Of a stretch of DNA of 64,000 bases, positions 1 to 8,367 are shown piece after piece. Below the pieces are notes generated by a model, which searched no databases, was not told the DNA's origin, and saw nothing but the letters and a program-made list of their open reading frames with translations. The position numbers and the translations under genes were made by a program. The first letter of the stretch is position 1. Every line of letters begins with the position of its first letter. The stretch comes from Magnetospirillum sp. WYHS-4 (lineage in GTDB: Bacteria; Pseudomonadota; Alphaproteobacteria; Rhodospirillales; GLO-3): positions 14,273 through 78,272 of the forward strand of contig JAMOBD010000005.1 of assembly GCA_039908345.1 (NCBI GenBank), given 5' to 3'.

Positions 1-197
1 TGGTGCATGCTCCGGAGATGTACATGGATTTGATCGAAGGGGGATCGCAGAGCGTCTGTCCGGTGCGTCTCAATCCGACCCAGTTGGTCGGCGATTACGG
101 GCACTTGGTGTTTCGCCCCAATTATTACGGTCCCAGCGGCAACCAACGCGACGTCCGCGTCGAGATTCGCCGCTACACCGGCCCGATCCCCGCATAG
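1..197 (+). CDS. 3' end of a molybdopterin oxidoreductase catalytic (alpha) subunit, type II DMSO-reductase family (partial, runs off window start)
   Basis: The frame is open from the window edge to a stop at 195-197, 10 nt before a NarH/EbdB-like Fe-S beta subunit. The call rests on operon context only, since just 64 aa are visible. Confidence 0.45.
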   Translation, partial: VHAPEMYMDLIEGGSQSVCPVRLNPTQLVGDYGHLVFRPNYYGPSGNQRDVRVEIRRYTGPIPA

Positions 198-207
198 GAC
201 GGCCGAC

Positions 208-1194
208 ATGACTCCCGTCTCCCGCCAGATCGCCTTTGTCGTCGACCTCAACAAATGTTTGGGCTGCCAGGCTTGCACCATGGCCTGCAAGCGCCTCTGG
301 ACCAGCGACCGGGGCCAGGACCTCATGTACTGGTGCAACGTCGAGACGGCGCCCGGCGAAGGCTATCCCCGCCGATGGGCCGAGCGGGGCGGCGGTTTCC
401 GCGACGGACTTCCTGTCCGTGGCCATGCCCCGGCAGTCGAAGACTACGGCGTGGCCTATCAGTTCGACTACCAGGCCCGCTTGTTCGAAGGCCAACGCCA
501 GCGTATCCGCCCCCAGCCCCTCGGCGAGTGGTCGGCCAACTGGGACGAGGATCAGGGGCGGGGGGACTATCCGAATTCCTACTTCTTCTACCTTCCGCGC
601 ATGTGCAACCATTGCACCCGCCCCGCCTGCGCCGAGGCCTGCCCCCGGGACGCCATCTCCAAGCGGCCGGAAGACGGCTTGGTGGTAATCGATCCCGACC
701 GTTGCGACGGCGATGGACGCTGCGTGGCGGCCTGTCCCTACGGCAAGGTCTTCCTGAACCCCCTGACGCGGGTGGCGGGCAAGTGCTTAGGCTGCTTCCC
801 GTTGCTGGAGCGAGGCCGGGCACCGGCCTGCGCCGCGCAGTGCAGCGGCCGGGCCATCCATGTCGGCCGGCTCGGCGATGCGCTGTCGTCGGTCCATCAA
901 CTGGTCTTCAGCTGGAAGGTCGCCTTGCCCCTGCGGCCCGATTTCGGCACCCGTCCCAACGTTTTCTACGTGCCCCCGTTCCTGGGCCCCGAGATGGAAG
1001 GCCCCAACGGCGCGGCGAACGCGTCGCCGAGAATACCCGAGAGCTATCTGGTCGAGCAGTTCGGACCGGCGGCGAGAACGGCGCTGGCGACCTTGCGGGC
1101 CGAACAGGCGAAGCGCCAACGCGGCGAGGCCTCCCGCCTCATGGAATTGCTGATCGCCCACCGGGCGGCCGACCTGCTCGGCACCATCGCCTGA
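208..1194 (+). CDS. Electron-transfer (beta) subunit of a type II DMSO-reductase-family enzyme, multi-[Fe-S] ferredoxin (NarH/EbdB/SerB/DdhB-like)
   Basis: 328 aa. Cys clusters CLGCQACTMAC, CNHCTRPACAEACP, CDGDGRCVAACP and CLGCF..CAAQC. N-terminal IAFVVDLNKCLGCQAC is typical of this family. Confidence 0.85.
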   Translation: MTPVSRQIAFVVDLNKCLGCQACTMACKRLWTSDRGQDLMYWCNVETAPGEGYPRRWAERGGGFRDGLPVRGHAPAVEDYGVAYQFDYQARLFEGQRQRIRPQPLGEWSANWDEDQGRGDYPNSYFFYLPRMCNHCTRPACAEACPRDAISKRPEDGLVVIDPDRCDGDGRCVAACPYGKVFLNPLTRVAGKCLGCFPLLERGRAPACAAQCSGRAIHVGRLGDALSSVHQLVFSWKVALPLRPDFGTRPNVFYVPPFLGPEMEGPNGAANASPRIPESYLVEQFGPAARTALATLRAEQAKRQRGEASRLMELLIAHRAADLLGTIA

Positions 1195-1329
1195 AAGTCC
1201 GATGGCCTCCGATGCCGACCGAGCCATCGGGAACCTGGAGTACAACCAGGGCCATTCCCCGGAATTTGGCGTCTTCGCTTTCACGACGCCAAGCTACGAT
1301 GAAAGGGATCATCCCAAGGTCATAGCCGA

Positions 1330-1896
1330 TCACCCCGTCACCGCCTCCTTGAGGCGGTTGAGGAAGGCGAGCGGACCCTTGGATTGGGATTTGACCTTGG
1401 GAATGAAGCGGGCGATCACGTCCTCGACCGCACGGCCCTCGATTTCCAGGTCTCCGGCGCTTTCCCGGGCATAGAGCAGATCGGCCAGGGGTAGGATCGC
1501 TTGGCGATAGCGTTCGTCGGCGAAGACGTCCTGGGTGCGGGATTCCAGGCGGAAGAAGATGTCTTCGTGGTCTTCCTCCTCGTAGATGCCGCCCAGGATG
1601 CGGGTGATCTCGTCGATGCGCGGGATGTCGCCCGTGCAGCAGGCGGTGGCACCGCAAACGATTTCCTCGGCGATCTGGCCGCCGAACAGCTCCATCACCC
1701 GCATTTCCAGGATCTCGCAGAAAGATCCCCAGTTGTTGCCGAGAAAGGCCTTCTCGGTCACCGTCTCGCAGGGTCTAGGGAGCATGCGGATGTGAATGAT
1801 GCGCTGTCCCAGGGCCCAGGCCATGAGCGCGTGGCCCGATTCGTAGATGGACAGGCGGTATAGGGGGTCGCTGCACTTGTCGACCATGTCGGTCAT
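1330..1896 (-). CDS. Stand-alone FtsH-like (peptidase M41-like) domain protein with a degenerate zinc motif (YESGH instead of HExxH)
   Basis: SIYESGHALMAW aligns with FtsH VAYHEAGHA. LFGGQIAEEIVCG..TGDIPRIDEITRI resembles the FtsH GGRAAEE..TGASNDIERAT block. No AAA domain is present. The start at MTDMVDK (ATG 1896) has GGAGGG 8 nt upstream. Confidence 0.6.
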   Translation of the reverse strand: MTDMVDKCSDPLYRLSIYESGHALMAWALGQRIIHIRMLPRPCETVTEKAFLGNNWGSFCEILEMRVMELFGGQIAEEIVCGATACCTGDIPRIDEITRILGGIYEEEDHEDIFFRLESRTQDVFADERYRQAILPLADLLYARESAGDLEIEGRAVEDVIARFIPKVKSQSKGPLAFLNRLKEAVTG

Positions 1897-2020
1897 GACG
1901 TCGTCCCTCCGAACGTGACGTTCAATTGAGCCTTTGTTCTTGTTATCGCGGCCCATCCCCCTTGTGCGACGCCAAGCGAGGCTAGTCGACAGGCCCTCGC
2001 CTGCCAAGCGCCTTCTTCGG

Positions 2021-2410
2021 TCACCGAAGGCCTTCGATCACCTGCTTGAGCAGATCGCTCACCTCGCCGGCCACCGCGCCCAGTTCGGCATTCTGTACCG
2101 CCGCCATGGACGCGATCGGATTGACCGCCGAAACCTCGACGACCCCGTCCTTGTCCTGGAGGATGACATTGCAGGGCATCATGGTGCCGATCTTGTCTTC
2201 GCGACTGAGTGCCTGATGGGCGAAACGCGGGTTGCAGGCACCCAGGATGACATAGGGCCGAAAGTCGACGTCGATCTTTTCCTTCATGGTTTTCTTGACG
2301 TCGATGGTCGTCAACACGCCGAACCCCTTTTCTTTCAGAGCCGCCGTCACCTTCTCGATGGCCTGGTCGAAAGGGACGCCCTCCAGCGTGGTGGTGAAGT
2401 GGTAGGACAT
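2021..2410 (-). CDS. DUF302 domain protein
   Basis: 129 aa. The pattern FGVLTTIDVKKTMKEK..YVILGACNP..A and MPCNVILQD is characteristic of DUF302. Confidence 0.8.
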   Translation of the reverse strand: MSYHFTTTLEGVPFDQAIEKVTAALKEKGFGVLTTIDVKKTMKEKIDVDFRPYVILGACNPRFAHQALSREDKIGTMMPCNVILQDKDGVVEVSAVNPIASMAAVQNAELGAVAGEVSDLLKQVIEGLR

Positions 2411-2449
2411 GGTTCCGGTCTCCCCGATGATTTTTCCAGCGCCACCCTA

Positions 2450-2497
2450 GAGCAATTCCGGCCTTGACGGAATTGCTCATCGCGCCGCCCGGAGGGC
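2450..2497. repeat. Copy A of a ~48-nt palindromic repeat (10-bp perfect stem gagcaattcc / ggaattgctc, 9-nt loop, plus a conserved 3' tail atcgcgccgcccggagggc)
   Basis: Read directly from the sequence. It matches the reverse complement of 6085-6133 with 2 mismatches and a 1-nt indel. It lies 40 nt upstream of the DUF302 start codon. Confidence 0.85.
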
Positions 2498-2789
2498 GGG
2501 CGGCCAAGGGCAATGACAAGAGCCGATTCCGTCATTCCCGGATCGGCTCCAGCACGGATGCCGGCTCGGAAAAACCGCGGCGGCGGCTCCTCTCGGAACC
2601 GCCGCCGGGTGTCGGGGGCCATCGTCGACGAACCGCCGCGCTCCCGGTCCGCCGAACTTCCCAACCTTGTCGCGATCCATGTTCGCCGCCCACGGAAGCG
2701 GAAGACTCCTTGGTCGTCATGCACGGGCCCAGTCTACCTCAGTGCGACTGCGATTTAATATCACATGCGCGCGAGGTCTCTCTCGATCG

Positions 2790-4409
2790 TCAGGCCGGAA
2801 GAGACTCGCGGACTTCGCTCGCCGGCCGGGCGGAATCGAGGGCCGCCGGCAGGGAGAAAAAGAAGGTGCTGCCCTTTCCCCGCTCCGACTCGACCCAAAT
2901 GCGGCCGCCATGGGCCTCGACGATCCGCTTGCAGACCGCCAGCCCGATGCCGGTCCCGTCGTATTCGTCGCGGGTATGCAGGCGCTGGAAGATGACGAAG
3001 ATGCGGTCGAAATATTCGGGCGCGATGCCGATGCCGTTGTCCCTCACGGAGAAGATCCAGAAGTCGCCATCCCGCCGCGCGGCCACATGGACTTCGGGGG
3101 GGCGTTCGCCACGGAACTTGATGCCGTTGCCGATCAGGTTCTGGAACAGGCGGAAAAGCTGCTTGTCGTTCGCCATCACCGTCGGCAAGGGCGCGTGGGT
3201 GACGACGGCCAGGTTCTCCACGATCAGCCGGGCCATGGACTCCATCACCGTGGCGAGGACATCCTCGGCGACGGTCGGCTGGCGCACTTCCGCCTGGGCC
3301 TGTACCCGCGAAACTTCCAGCAGATCCTTGATCAGCATCGACATGCGGCGCGCGCCATCGGTGGCGAAGTCGACGAATTCGATCCCTTCCGTCCCCAACT
3401 GCGGGGCGTACCGCTTCTTCAGGATCTGCGTGTAGAACGTGACGGTACGTAAAGGTTCCTGCAGGTCGTGCGAGGCAATGTAGGCGAAGCGCTGCAACTC
3501 GGCATTGGACCGTTCCAATTCCGCAGCTTTGCAAGCCAGGGCGTGGGCCGCCTTGGCCCGCTCGCTCACGTCGCGGACGGCGACCACCTGCCCGGTGGCC
3601 TTTTCGTCTTCCATGACGTCCGCCACCACGTATTCGACGGCCAGTTCCGAGCCGTCGGGGCGCAGCATGGTGGCGTCGCGCACCCGGCCACCGTTCTTGC
3701 AGGCGCCTTCCTTGAGGTGGAAGACCCGCTCCAGGGGCAGACCGAGGGCCTCCGTCCGGTCCCATTGCAGAAGCCGGGCGCCGGCCGGATTGAGATAGCC
3801 GATGATTTCGTTCCGGTCGATGACCACCACGCCTTCGCCGACGCAGTTCAGGATGACTTCGGCGCGGGCACGTTCCCGCGCCAGGGCGGCGGCGGTCCGG
3901 CCCAAGACTCGGAGCGGAATCAGCCGCAAGGGAAAGAATACTATCAATCCCAGGATCAACCCCACCACCGCCACCTTCGCCGTGCGGATGGACAACTGGC
4001 GGAAGGACTGCGCGACCTCCAGCCGCCCCACCTCGACGCCGAAGTCATGTACCGGGCGGACGAATCCAACCGCCGGCCAGGGCAGATCCCTTCCCGCCGA
4101 GGCGACTGTCACTCCGCCTCCATCCAGGAGTCGGAGGAAATGCATCTCTCCCTCGGCACTTTCCCATTCGGCATGCACCGACTGCAGCAGGGCTGCGAAT
4201 CGCGCCTCTTCGAGGCGCCAGGTATCGGGCACCTCGGCGATCTTGGCGTTGACCGCGCGCACGACGCCGTCGGACTGGGCCTCGAATTGCCCGAGATCAT
4301 GTTGATAGCCGGAAAGAAAGTAGGCGGCGGGCATGCCGGCGGCCATCAGAACCGCCAGGATGCCGGTCGCCCAGGCAAGGGAGACCTCCAAGGCATGGCG
4401 TGCATCCAT
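2790..4409 (-). CDS. Membrane sensor histidine kinase (2 TM with periplasmic domain, PAS, HisKA, HATPase_c)
   Basis: 539 aa. H-box FAYIASHDLQEPLRTV. ATPase motifs NLIGNGIKF, DNGIGI and GTGIGLAVCKRIVEAHGG. A PAS-like segment VVVIDRNEIIGYLNPAGARLL. Confidence 0.9.
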   Translation of the reverse strand: MDARHALEVSLAWATGILAVLMAAGMPAAYFLSGYQHDLGQFEAQSDGVVRAVNAKIAEVPDTWRLEEARFAALLQSVHAEWESAEGEMHFLRLLDGGGVTVASAGRDLPWPAVGFVRPVHDFGVEVGRLEVAQSFRQLSIRTAKVAVVGLILGLIVFFPLRLIPLRVLGRTAAALARERARAEVILNCVGEGVVVIDRNEIIGYLNPAGARLLQWDRTEALGLPLERVFHLKEGACKNGGRVRDATMLRPDGSELAVEYVVADVMEDEKATGQVVAVRDVSERAKAAHALACKAAELERSNAELQRFAYIASHDLQEPLRTVTFYTQILKKRYAPQLGTEGIEFVDFATDGARRMSMLIKDLLEVSRVQAQAEVRQPTVAEDVLATVMESMARLIVENLAVVTHAPLPTVMANDKQLFRLFQNLIGNGIKFRGERPPEVHVAARRDGDFWIFSVRDNGIGIAPEYFDRIFVIFQRLHTRDEYDGTGIGLAVCKRIVEAHGGRIWVESERGKGSTFFFSLPAALDSARPASEVRESLPA

Positions 4410-4413
4410 GGCC

Positions 4414-5283
4414 CTACTCCCCTTCCTTCAAGGTGACCCAGAAACCGGCGTCCCGGAGCACCTGTCGCCCCAGCCCCGACTTCAGGAAATCGACGAAGGC
4501 GACTGCCGCCTGACCGGGACGCGCCGGCAGAATCAGATGGAAAGTCTTGACGTAGGGATAGCTGCCGTCCATCGCCGCCCGCAAGCTGGGCGCCACTCCC
4601 TCGAGCGCCAGGGCCCGCAGCGGCCTGTTCTCGCCGCGGATGATCGCGAGCGTGGTCGGGCCCAAGGCGCCGGGAACGCGTGCTATCAGGTCGGCGGCTT
4701 CCTGGTCGGTGGCGGCGATGGCCATGCCGGGCCGTTCGAACGCGGATTCGACCGCCGCCGTCATGGCCGGAGACAGGGTCTTCAACTGACCGGTGTCCGA
4801 ATCGTTCGCCGGGCGCAGGATGACCCGTACCCGGCCGCCCCCTGGCCAAACCGTGGCCCGGCCCGCGTAGAAATCCGCCAACTGCCCAAGCGTCAGACCC
4901 GATGGCGTCTCGCGGGCCGTCGCCAGGACGAAGGGGCTGCGGCCCAATTCCCGCTGGACCGCACCCTGGGCCTTTTCCGCCTCCTTCAAGGGGCGGGAAC
5001 TGATGCCCAACCCGATTTCGCCGCGGATCACCCCGAGGATGGCGCCCGTGCTGCCCACGGAAGGGCGCACGACCTCGATCGCATGGGTCCCCTGGTCTTC
5101 CCGAAAGGCAACGGCAAGCCAGTCCAGCGCGCCCAAGGCCGCGCCGGTCGCCCCGATCCTCACCGTTTCCGCCTGTGCCGCCACCGGCCAACAAGCGATT
5201 ACGAAAGCCAACAGCCACCCTTCGCCCCGACGATGCAGGACGGTCGATAAGATTGAGCCCGCCACAGTTTCCCCTTCCCTCAT
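4414..5283 (-). CDS. Periplasmic substrate-binding protein (PstS/PBP-like domain), probably co-transcribed with the kinase
   Basis: Signal peptide WLLAFVIACWPVAAQA. Type-2 PBP-like features (VRIGATGAALG, ISSRPLKEAEK). The stop is 4 nt before the kinase start. The start is taken at MREGE (5283); the ORF is open to 5376. Confidence 0.65.
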   Translation of the reverse strand: MREGETVAGSILSTVLHRRGEGWLLAFVIACWPVAAQAETVRIGATGAALGALDWLAVAFREDQGTHAIEVVRPSVGSTGAILGVIRGEIGLGISSRPLKEAEKAQGAVQRELGRSPFVLATARETPSGLTLGQLADFYAGRATVWPGGGRVRVILRPANDSDTGQLKTLSPAMTAAVESAFERPGMAIAATDQEAADLIARVPGALGPTTLAIIRGENRPLRALALEGVAPSLRAAMDGSYPYVKTFHLILPARPGQAAVAFVDFLKSGLGRQVLRDAGFWVTLKEGE

Positions 5284-5662
5284 TTTTTTGAAGAACCCGA
5301 ACGGCGCATGGGATGTTATGCCATTTCGACGGCATTGAAAACCATGCGTGTCAGATTTCGTTGAATTTGCACGCAATTACTATCAAAAATTTAATCTCAT
5401 TTATAAGAATTTCGGTTTGGGGGAACGGCCAAACATGAGACCGGCCCCTTGCGGGGCCGGTCGGATCCGGGCCGTGGGCCTTTCGGAGCTGCTCGGGAAA
5501 CGGGGCCCTTGATCCAAGCTCATCCTGACACACCCCGCTCCGCCGTTCCGTGACGGTCGACACGACCGGTTCCCTTTCTCGCCTCGCGAGTCATCGGAAA
5601 CTGGATTCTTCGCCCTTCGATGTGTATCGTTGGCGGCGACGCGAGGACTGGAGGAACGGCCC

Positions 5663-6073
5663 ATGAGGGGTGGCGATCTATATTCCCGAAGCCCCGTCTT
5701 GACGGGTATTCCCGAAGTGGACGACGATCACGCGCAGTTGGACCATCTCTTTCGGGGGGTGGAAAAGGCGATTTTCGTCGAATCGCCCCAGGCGGGTATC
5801 CTGGCCCTCTACGATCAGATCGTCGAGGCCATCGCCCGGCATTTCGGACGCGAGGAAGATCTCCTGGCCGACGTCGACAGCTTCCGGATCGAGGAACATC
5901 GGGAAGTCCACCGCTCCCTCCTCGCCAAAGCCCGGGCCATCCGGGACGAGCTGGCGGCCACCACGGGCCAGCGGTCCCTGAAGGCCCTGTTCGACATCGA
6001 GGACGACCTTTACCGGCACACGGTCTCCCATGACCTGCAAGCGGCCCTCAGGTGCGCCTGCCAGGGAGCCTAG
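5663..6073 (+). CDS. Hemerythrin-like (bacteriohemerythrin) domain protein
   Basis: TGIPEVDDDHAQL plus HFGRE (HxxxE), HREVH (HxxxH) and HTVSHD (HxxxxD) fit the di-iron ligand pattern. GGAGGA lies 7 nt upstream of ATG 5663. Confidence 0.8.
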   Translation: MRGGDLYSRSPVLTGIPEVDDDHAQLDHLFRGVEKAIFVESPQAGILALYDQIVEAIARHFGREEDLLADVDSFRIEEHREVHRSLLAKARAIRDELAATTGQRSLKALFDIEDDLYRHTVSHDLQAALRCACQGA

Positions 6074-6084
6074 AGCCGATCCAG

Positions 6085-6133
6085 GCCCTCCGGGCGGAGC
6101 GATGAGCAATGCCGTCAAAGGCCGGAATTGCTC
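6085..6133. repeat. Copy B (inverted orientation) of the ~48-nt palindromic repeat
   Basis: The reverse complement reads gagcaattccggcctttgacggcattgctcatcgctccgcccggagggc. It sits between the convergent hemerythrin and xthA genes and overlaps the last ~6 codons and the stop of xthA. Confidence 0.85.
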
Positions 6134-6906
6134 TCGTCGCGCAGCACGCACCAGACCGGCGTATGGTCCGAAGCCTTCTCGAGAGCCCGTGGCCTGCGGT
6201 CGATTCCCGCGGTTTCCAGACGGTCGGCGGCCTGCGGGGACAACAGAAGGTGATCGATGCGCAGCCCCTCGTCGCGAGCGAATGCCCCGGCCCGGTAGTC
6301 CCACCAGCTATGCCGCCCCGCCTCCGGATGCAGGACGCGGAAGGCGTCGATCAGTCCCAGGTGCAAAAGCCGGCGGTAGGCCGCCCGGCTTTCCTGCCGG
6401 CAGAGCGCGTCGTTGGCCCAAACGATGGGATCATGGACATCCCGGTCTTCAGGCGCCACGTTCCAGTCGGCGCCCAACACCAACGGCACCTCCTCCTCCA
6501 GCAGACCGGCCACATGGACTTTCAGCCGCTCCAGCCAACCCAGCTTGTAGGCGAACTTGTCGGTGCCCACCGGGTTGCCGTTGGGAACATAGAGCGAGGC
6601 CACCCGCAGGCCACTCGTCTCCACTTCCAGGTAGCGGGCCTGTTCGTCGGTCTCGTCACCCGGCAGGCGATCGCGCAGAACCCGCAAGGGATGGCGCGAC
6701 AAGACGGCGACGCCATTGTAGGTCCTCTGCCCCGCCACCGCTGCCCGAAAGCCCAGGGATTCCATCTCCAGGAAAGGGAAGCCGTCGGCTTCGCACTTGA
6801 TCTCCTGCAGCAGGAGCACATCCGGCGCGGCCTCCCGCAGCCAGTCCAGCAGGATGGGCAGGCGGGCCCTTACCGAATTGACGTTCCATGTGGCGATGCG
6901 AATCAT
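6115..6906 (-). CDS. xthA: Exodeoxyribonuclease III
   Basis: 263 aa. MIRIATWNVNSVRARL..LLLQEIK and the C-terminal SDHTPVW are typical of the ExoIII/EEP family. Confidence 0.9.
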   Translation of the reverse strand: MIRIATWNVNSVRARLPILLDWLREAAPDVLLLQEIKCEADGFPFLEMESLGFRAAVAGQRTYNGVAVLSRHPLRVLRDRLPGDETDEQARYLEVETSGLRVASLYVPNGNPVGTDKFAYKLGWLERLKVHVAGLLEEEVPLVLGADWNVAPEDRDVHDPIVWANDALCRQESRAAYRRLLHLGLIDAFRVLHPEAGRHSWWDYRAGAFARDEGLRIDHLLLSPQAADRLETAGIDRRPRALEKASDHTPVWCVLRDESNSGL

Positions 6907-6923
6907 GGCTCCTTCCCTAGCAC

Positions 6924-7610
6924 ATGCGCTATGATCGGACCACGATGAAGCGGCTGTTCGCGACGTTCCTGTTGGCAGTTGCCGTGGCGCCCCCCGCCGG
7001 GGCGGCGGGGACTGGGTACTGTCCTCCTTTCCTGCCCGGCCCGCCGCACGTCGAGTTCGAAGCCAACATCCCCGTCCAGCCGGCGTTCGACCATCGCCTG
7101 AGCCGAGCCGAGATCGAATCCCGCACCAGCCACGGCATGGGCCAGGGCTGGCGGGCCGGCGGCCTGACCACGGTCGCTTACGAGACCCTGGTGGCTGTCC
7201 GGGTCCAGACCCTCGGCCTGCCCGACGGCAGCCGTTGCGTCCAGGTAACGGGGGCGAACGGCCGGCTGGACGTGCGCGACCTGACGGTCCATGTGGCGCG
7301 TGAGCACCGCCCCGGCACCTGTCCCTTCGCCGCCATCCGGGAGCACGAGATGGAGCACGCGGCCATCGCCCGCCAAACCTTCCTGCACCATCTTCCGGCC
7401 TTGCGCGCGCGCCTGGAAGAGGAGGCGCGCGGCCTGCCGCCGATACGAACGGCCCAACCCGACGAGGCCGTCCAGGCAGCGGTCGACCGCCTGCTCGCCG
7501 CCTTGGCCCCGACCCTGAAAATCATGGAAACCGAAATGACCCTCGCCCATGCGGGGATCGATACGCCCGAGAGCTATCAGGCGCTCGGCCGCCGTTGCGC
7601 GATCTGGTGA
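6924..7610 (+). CDS. Secreted HExxH protein, DUF922/COG5661-like putative Zn-protease (paralog 1)
   Basis: Signal peptide MKRLFATFLLAVAVAPPAGA (alternative start at 6945). HEMEH motif. 4 Cys and a C-terminal IDTPESY..L...C block are co-linear with the next ORF. Confidence 0.55.
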   Translation: MRYDRTTMKRLFATFLLAVAVAPPAGAAGTGYCPPFLPGPPHVEFEANIPVQPAFDHRLSRAEIESRTSHGMGQGWRAGGLTTVAYETLVAVRVQTLGLPDGSRCVQVTGANGRLDVRDLTVHVAREHRPGTCPFAAIREHEMEHAAIARQTFLHHLPALRARLEEEARGLPPIRTAQPDEAVQAAVDRLLAALAPTLKIMETEMTLAHAGIDTPESYQALGRRCAIW

Positions 7611-7614
7611 GACG

Positions 7615-8262
7615 ATGAGAATTCTTTTCCCTCTGCTCGCCGCGATCCTGGCCCCCGTCACGGCCCAAGCCGCCTGCGGCCCGGCCGCGGCGCCTCCGAC
7701 GGTCGCCTTCAAGAGCAGCTTCCCCGCCCAGCCGGTTTTCTACGATGCCTACAGCCGCGCCGACCTGGCCCGCTTCACCACCCGCAAGGCCACGCCCGGC
7801 CGGGTTATCAACGGCTTGACCAAGGGCAGCTACGCCTACAAGGTGACCGGCGAAGCCCTGGTCAGGCCCGACGGCAACGGTTTCTGCGCCTACCTCAGCA
7901 AGGTCGACGTCACTTTGGAGTTCAAGGACCTGACCATCTTCGTCGCCAAGGAGAACCCGCGCAACGGGTGCGAATACAAGGTAACCCTGACTCACGAGAT
8001 GCAGCATGTGCAGCTCTACCGGCAGTCCTTCGACAAGCACGCCCCCCTGGCCAAGGCGCTGGCGGAACAACTAGCCCGCAGCCAGGCGCCGGTCTGGATG
8101 ACCGAAAGGAACGCGGCATCCCAGGCCACGATCAAGCAGCTTTCCGCCAGCTTGGCGCAGCGCTTCAAGGCGATGCAGGAGGACGCCGACCGCTCCAACG
8201 GCGCCATCGACACCGAACAGAGCTACCGCTACCTGGACAGCCTCTGCCCGAAGAAGAAGTGA
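7615..8262 (+). CDS. Secreted HExxH protein, DUF922/COG5661-like putative Zn-protease (paralog 2)
   Basis: Signal peptide MRILFPLLAAILAPVTAQA. HEMQH motif. 4 co-linear Cys. C-terminal IDTEQSYRYLDSLC. It starts 5 nt after the stop of paralog 1. Confidence 0.55.
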   Translation: MRILFPLLAAILAPVTAQAACGPAAAPPTVAFKSSFPAQPVFYDAYSRADLARFTTRKATPGRVINGLTKGSYAYKVTGEALVRPDGNGFCAYLSKVDVTLEFKDLTIFVAKENPRNGCEYKVTLTHEMQHVQLYRQSFDKHAPLAKALAEQLARSQAPVWMTERNAASQATIKQLSASLAQRFKAMQEDADRSNGAIDTEQSYRYLDSLCPKKK

Positions 8263-8367
8263 GGCGCCTGAGGGTGAATGTCACGGAACGGTCATCTCGT
8301 TGTCACGATATGCGACTACACAGAAATTGTTCCACGCTTCCAAAACAGTCGAAGCCGGAGGAAACCG

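Noticed and set aside
1143-1168. Possible third copy of the palindromic repeat (ggaattgctgatcgcccaccgggcgg) inside the beta-subunit gene.
   Set aside because: It resembles only the right arm and tail, with several mismatches. It lacks the left arm and lies in frame within conserved coding sequence, so it is probably chance.
1202-1474. 90-aa ORF after the Fe-S beta subunit.
   Set aside because: Its distal 145 nt overlap the convergent M41-like gene, and I recognised no family. Only the first ~40 codons could be a gene remnant. It is reported under findings, not as a feature.
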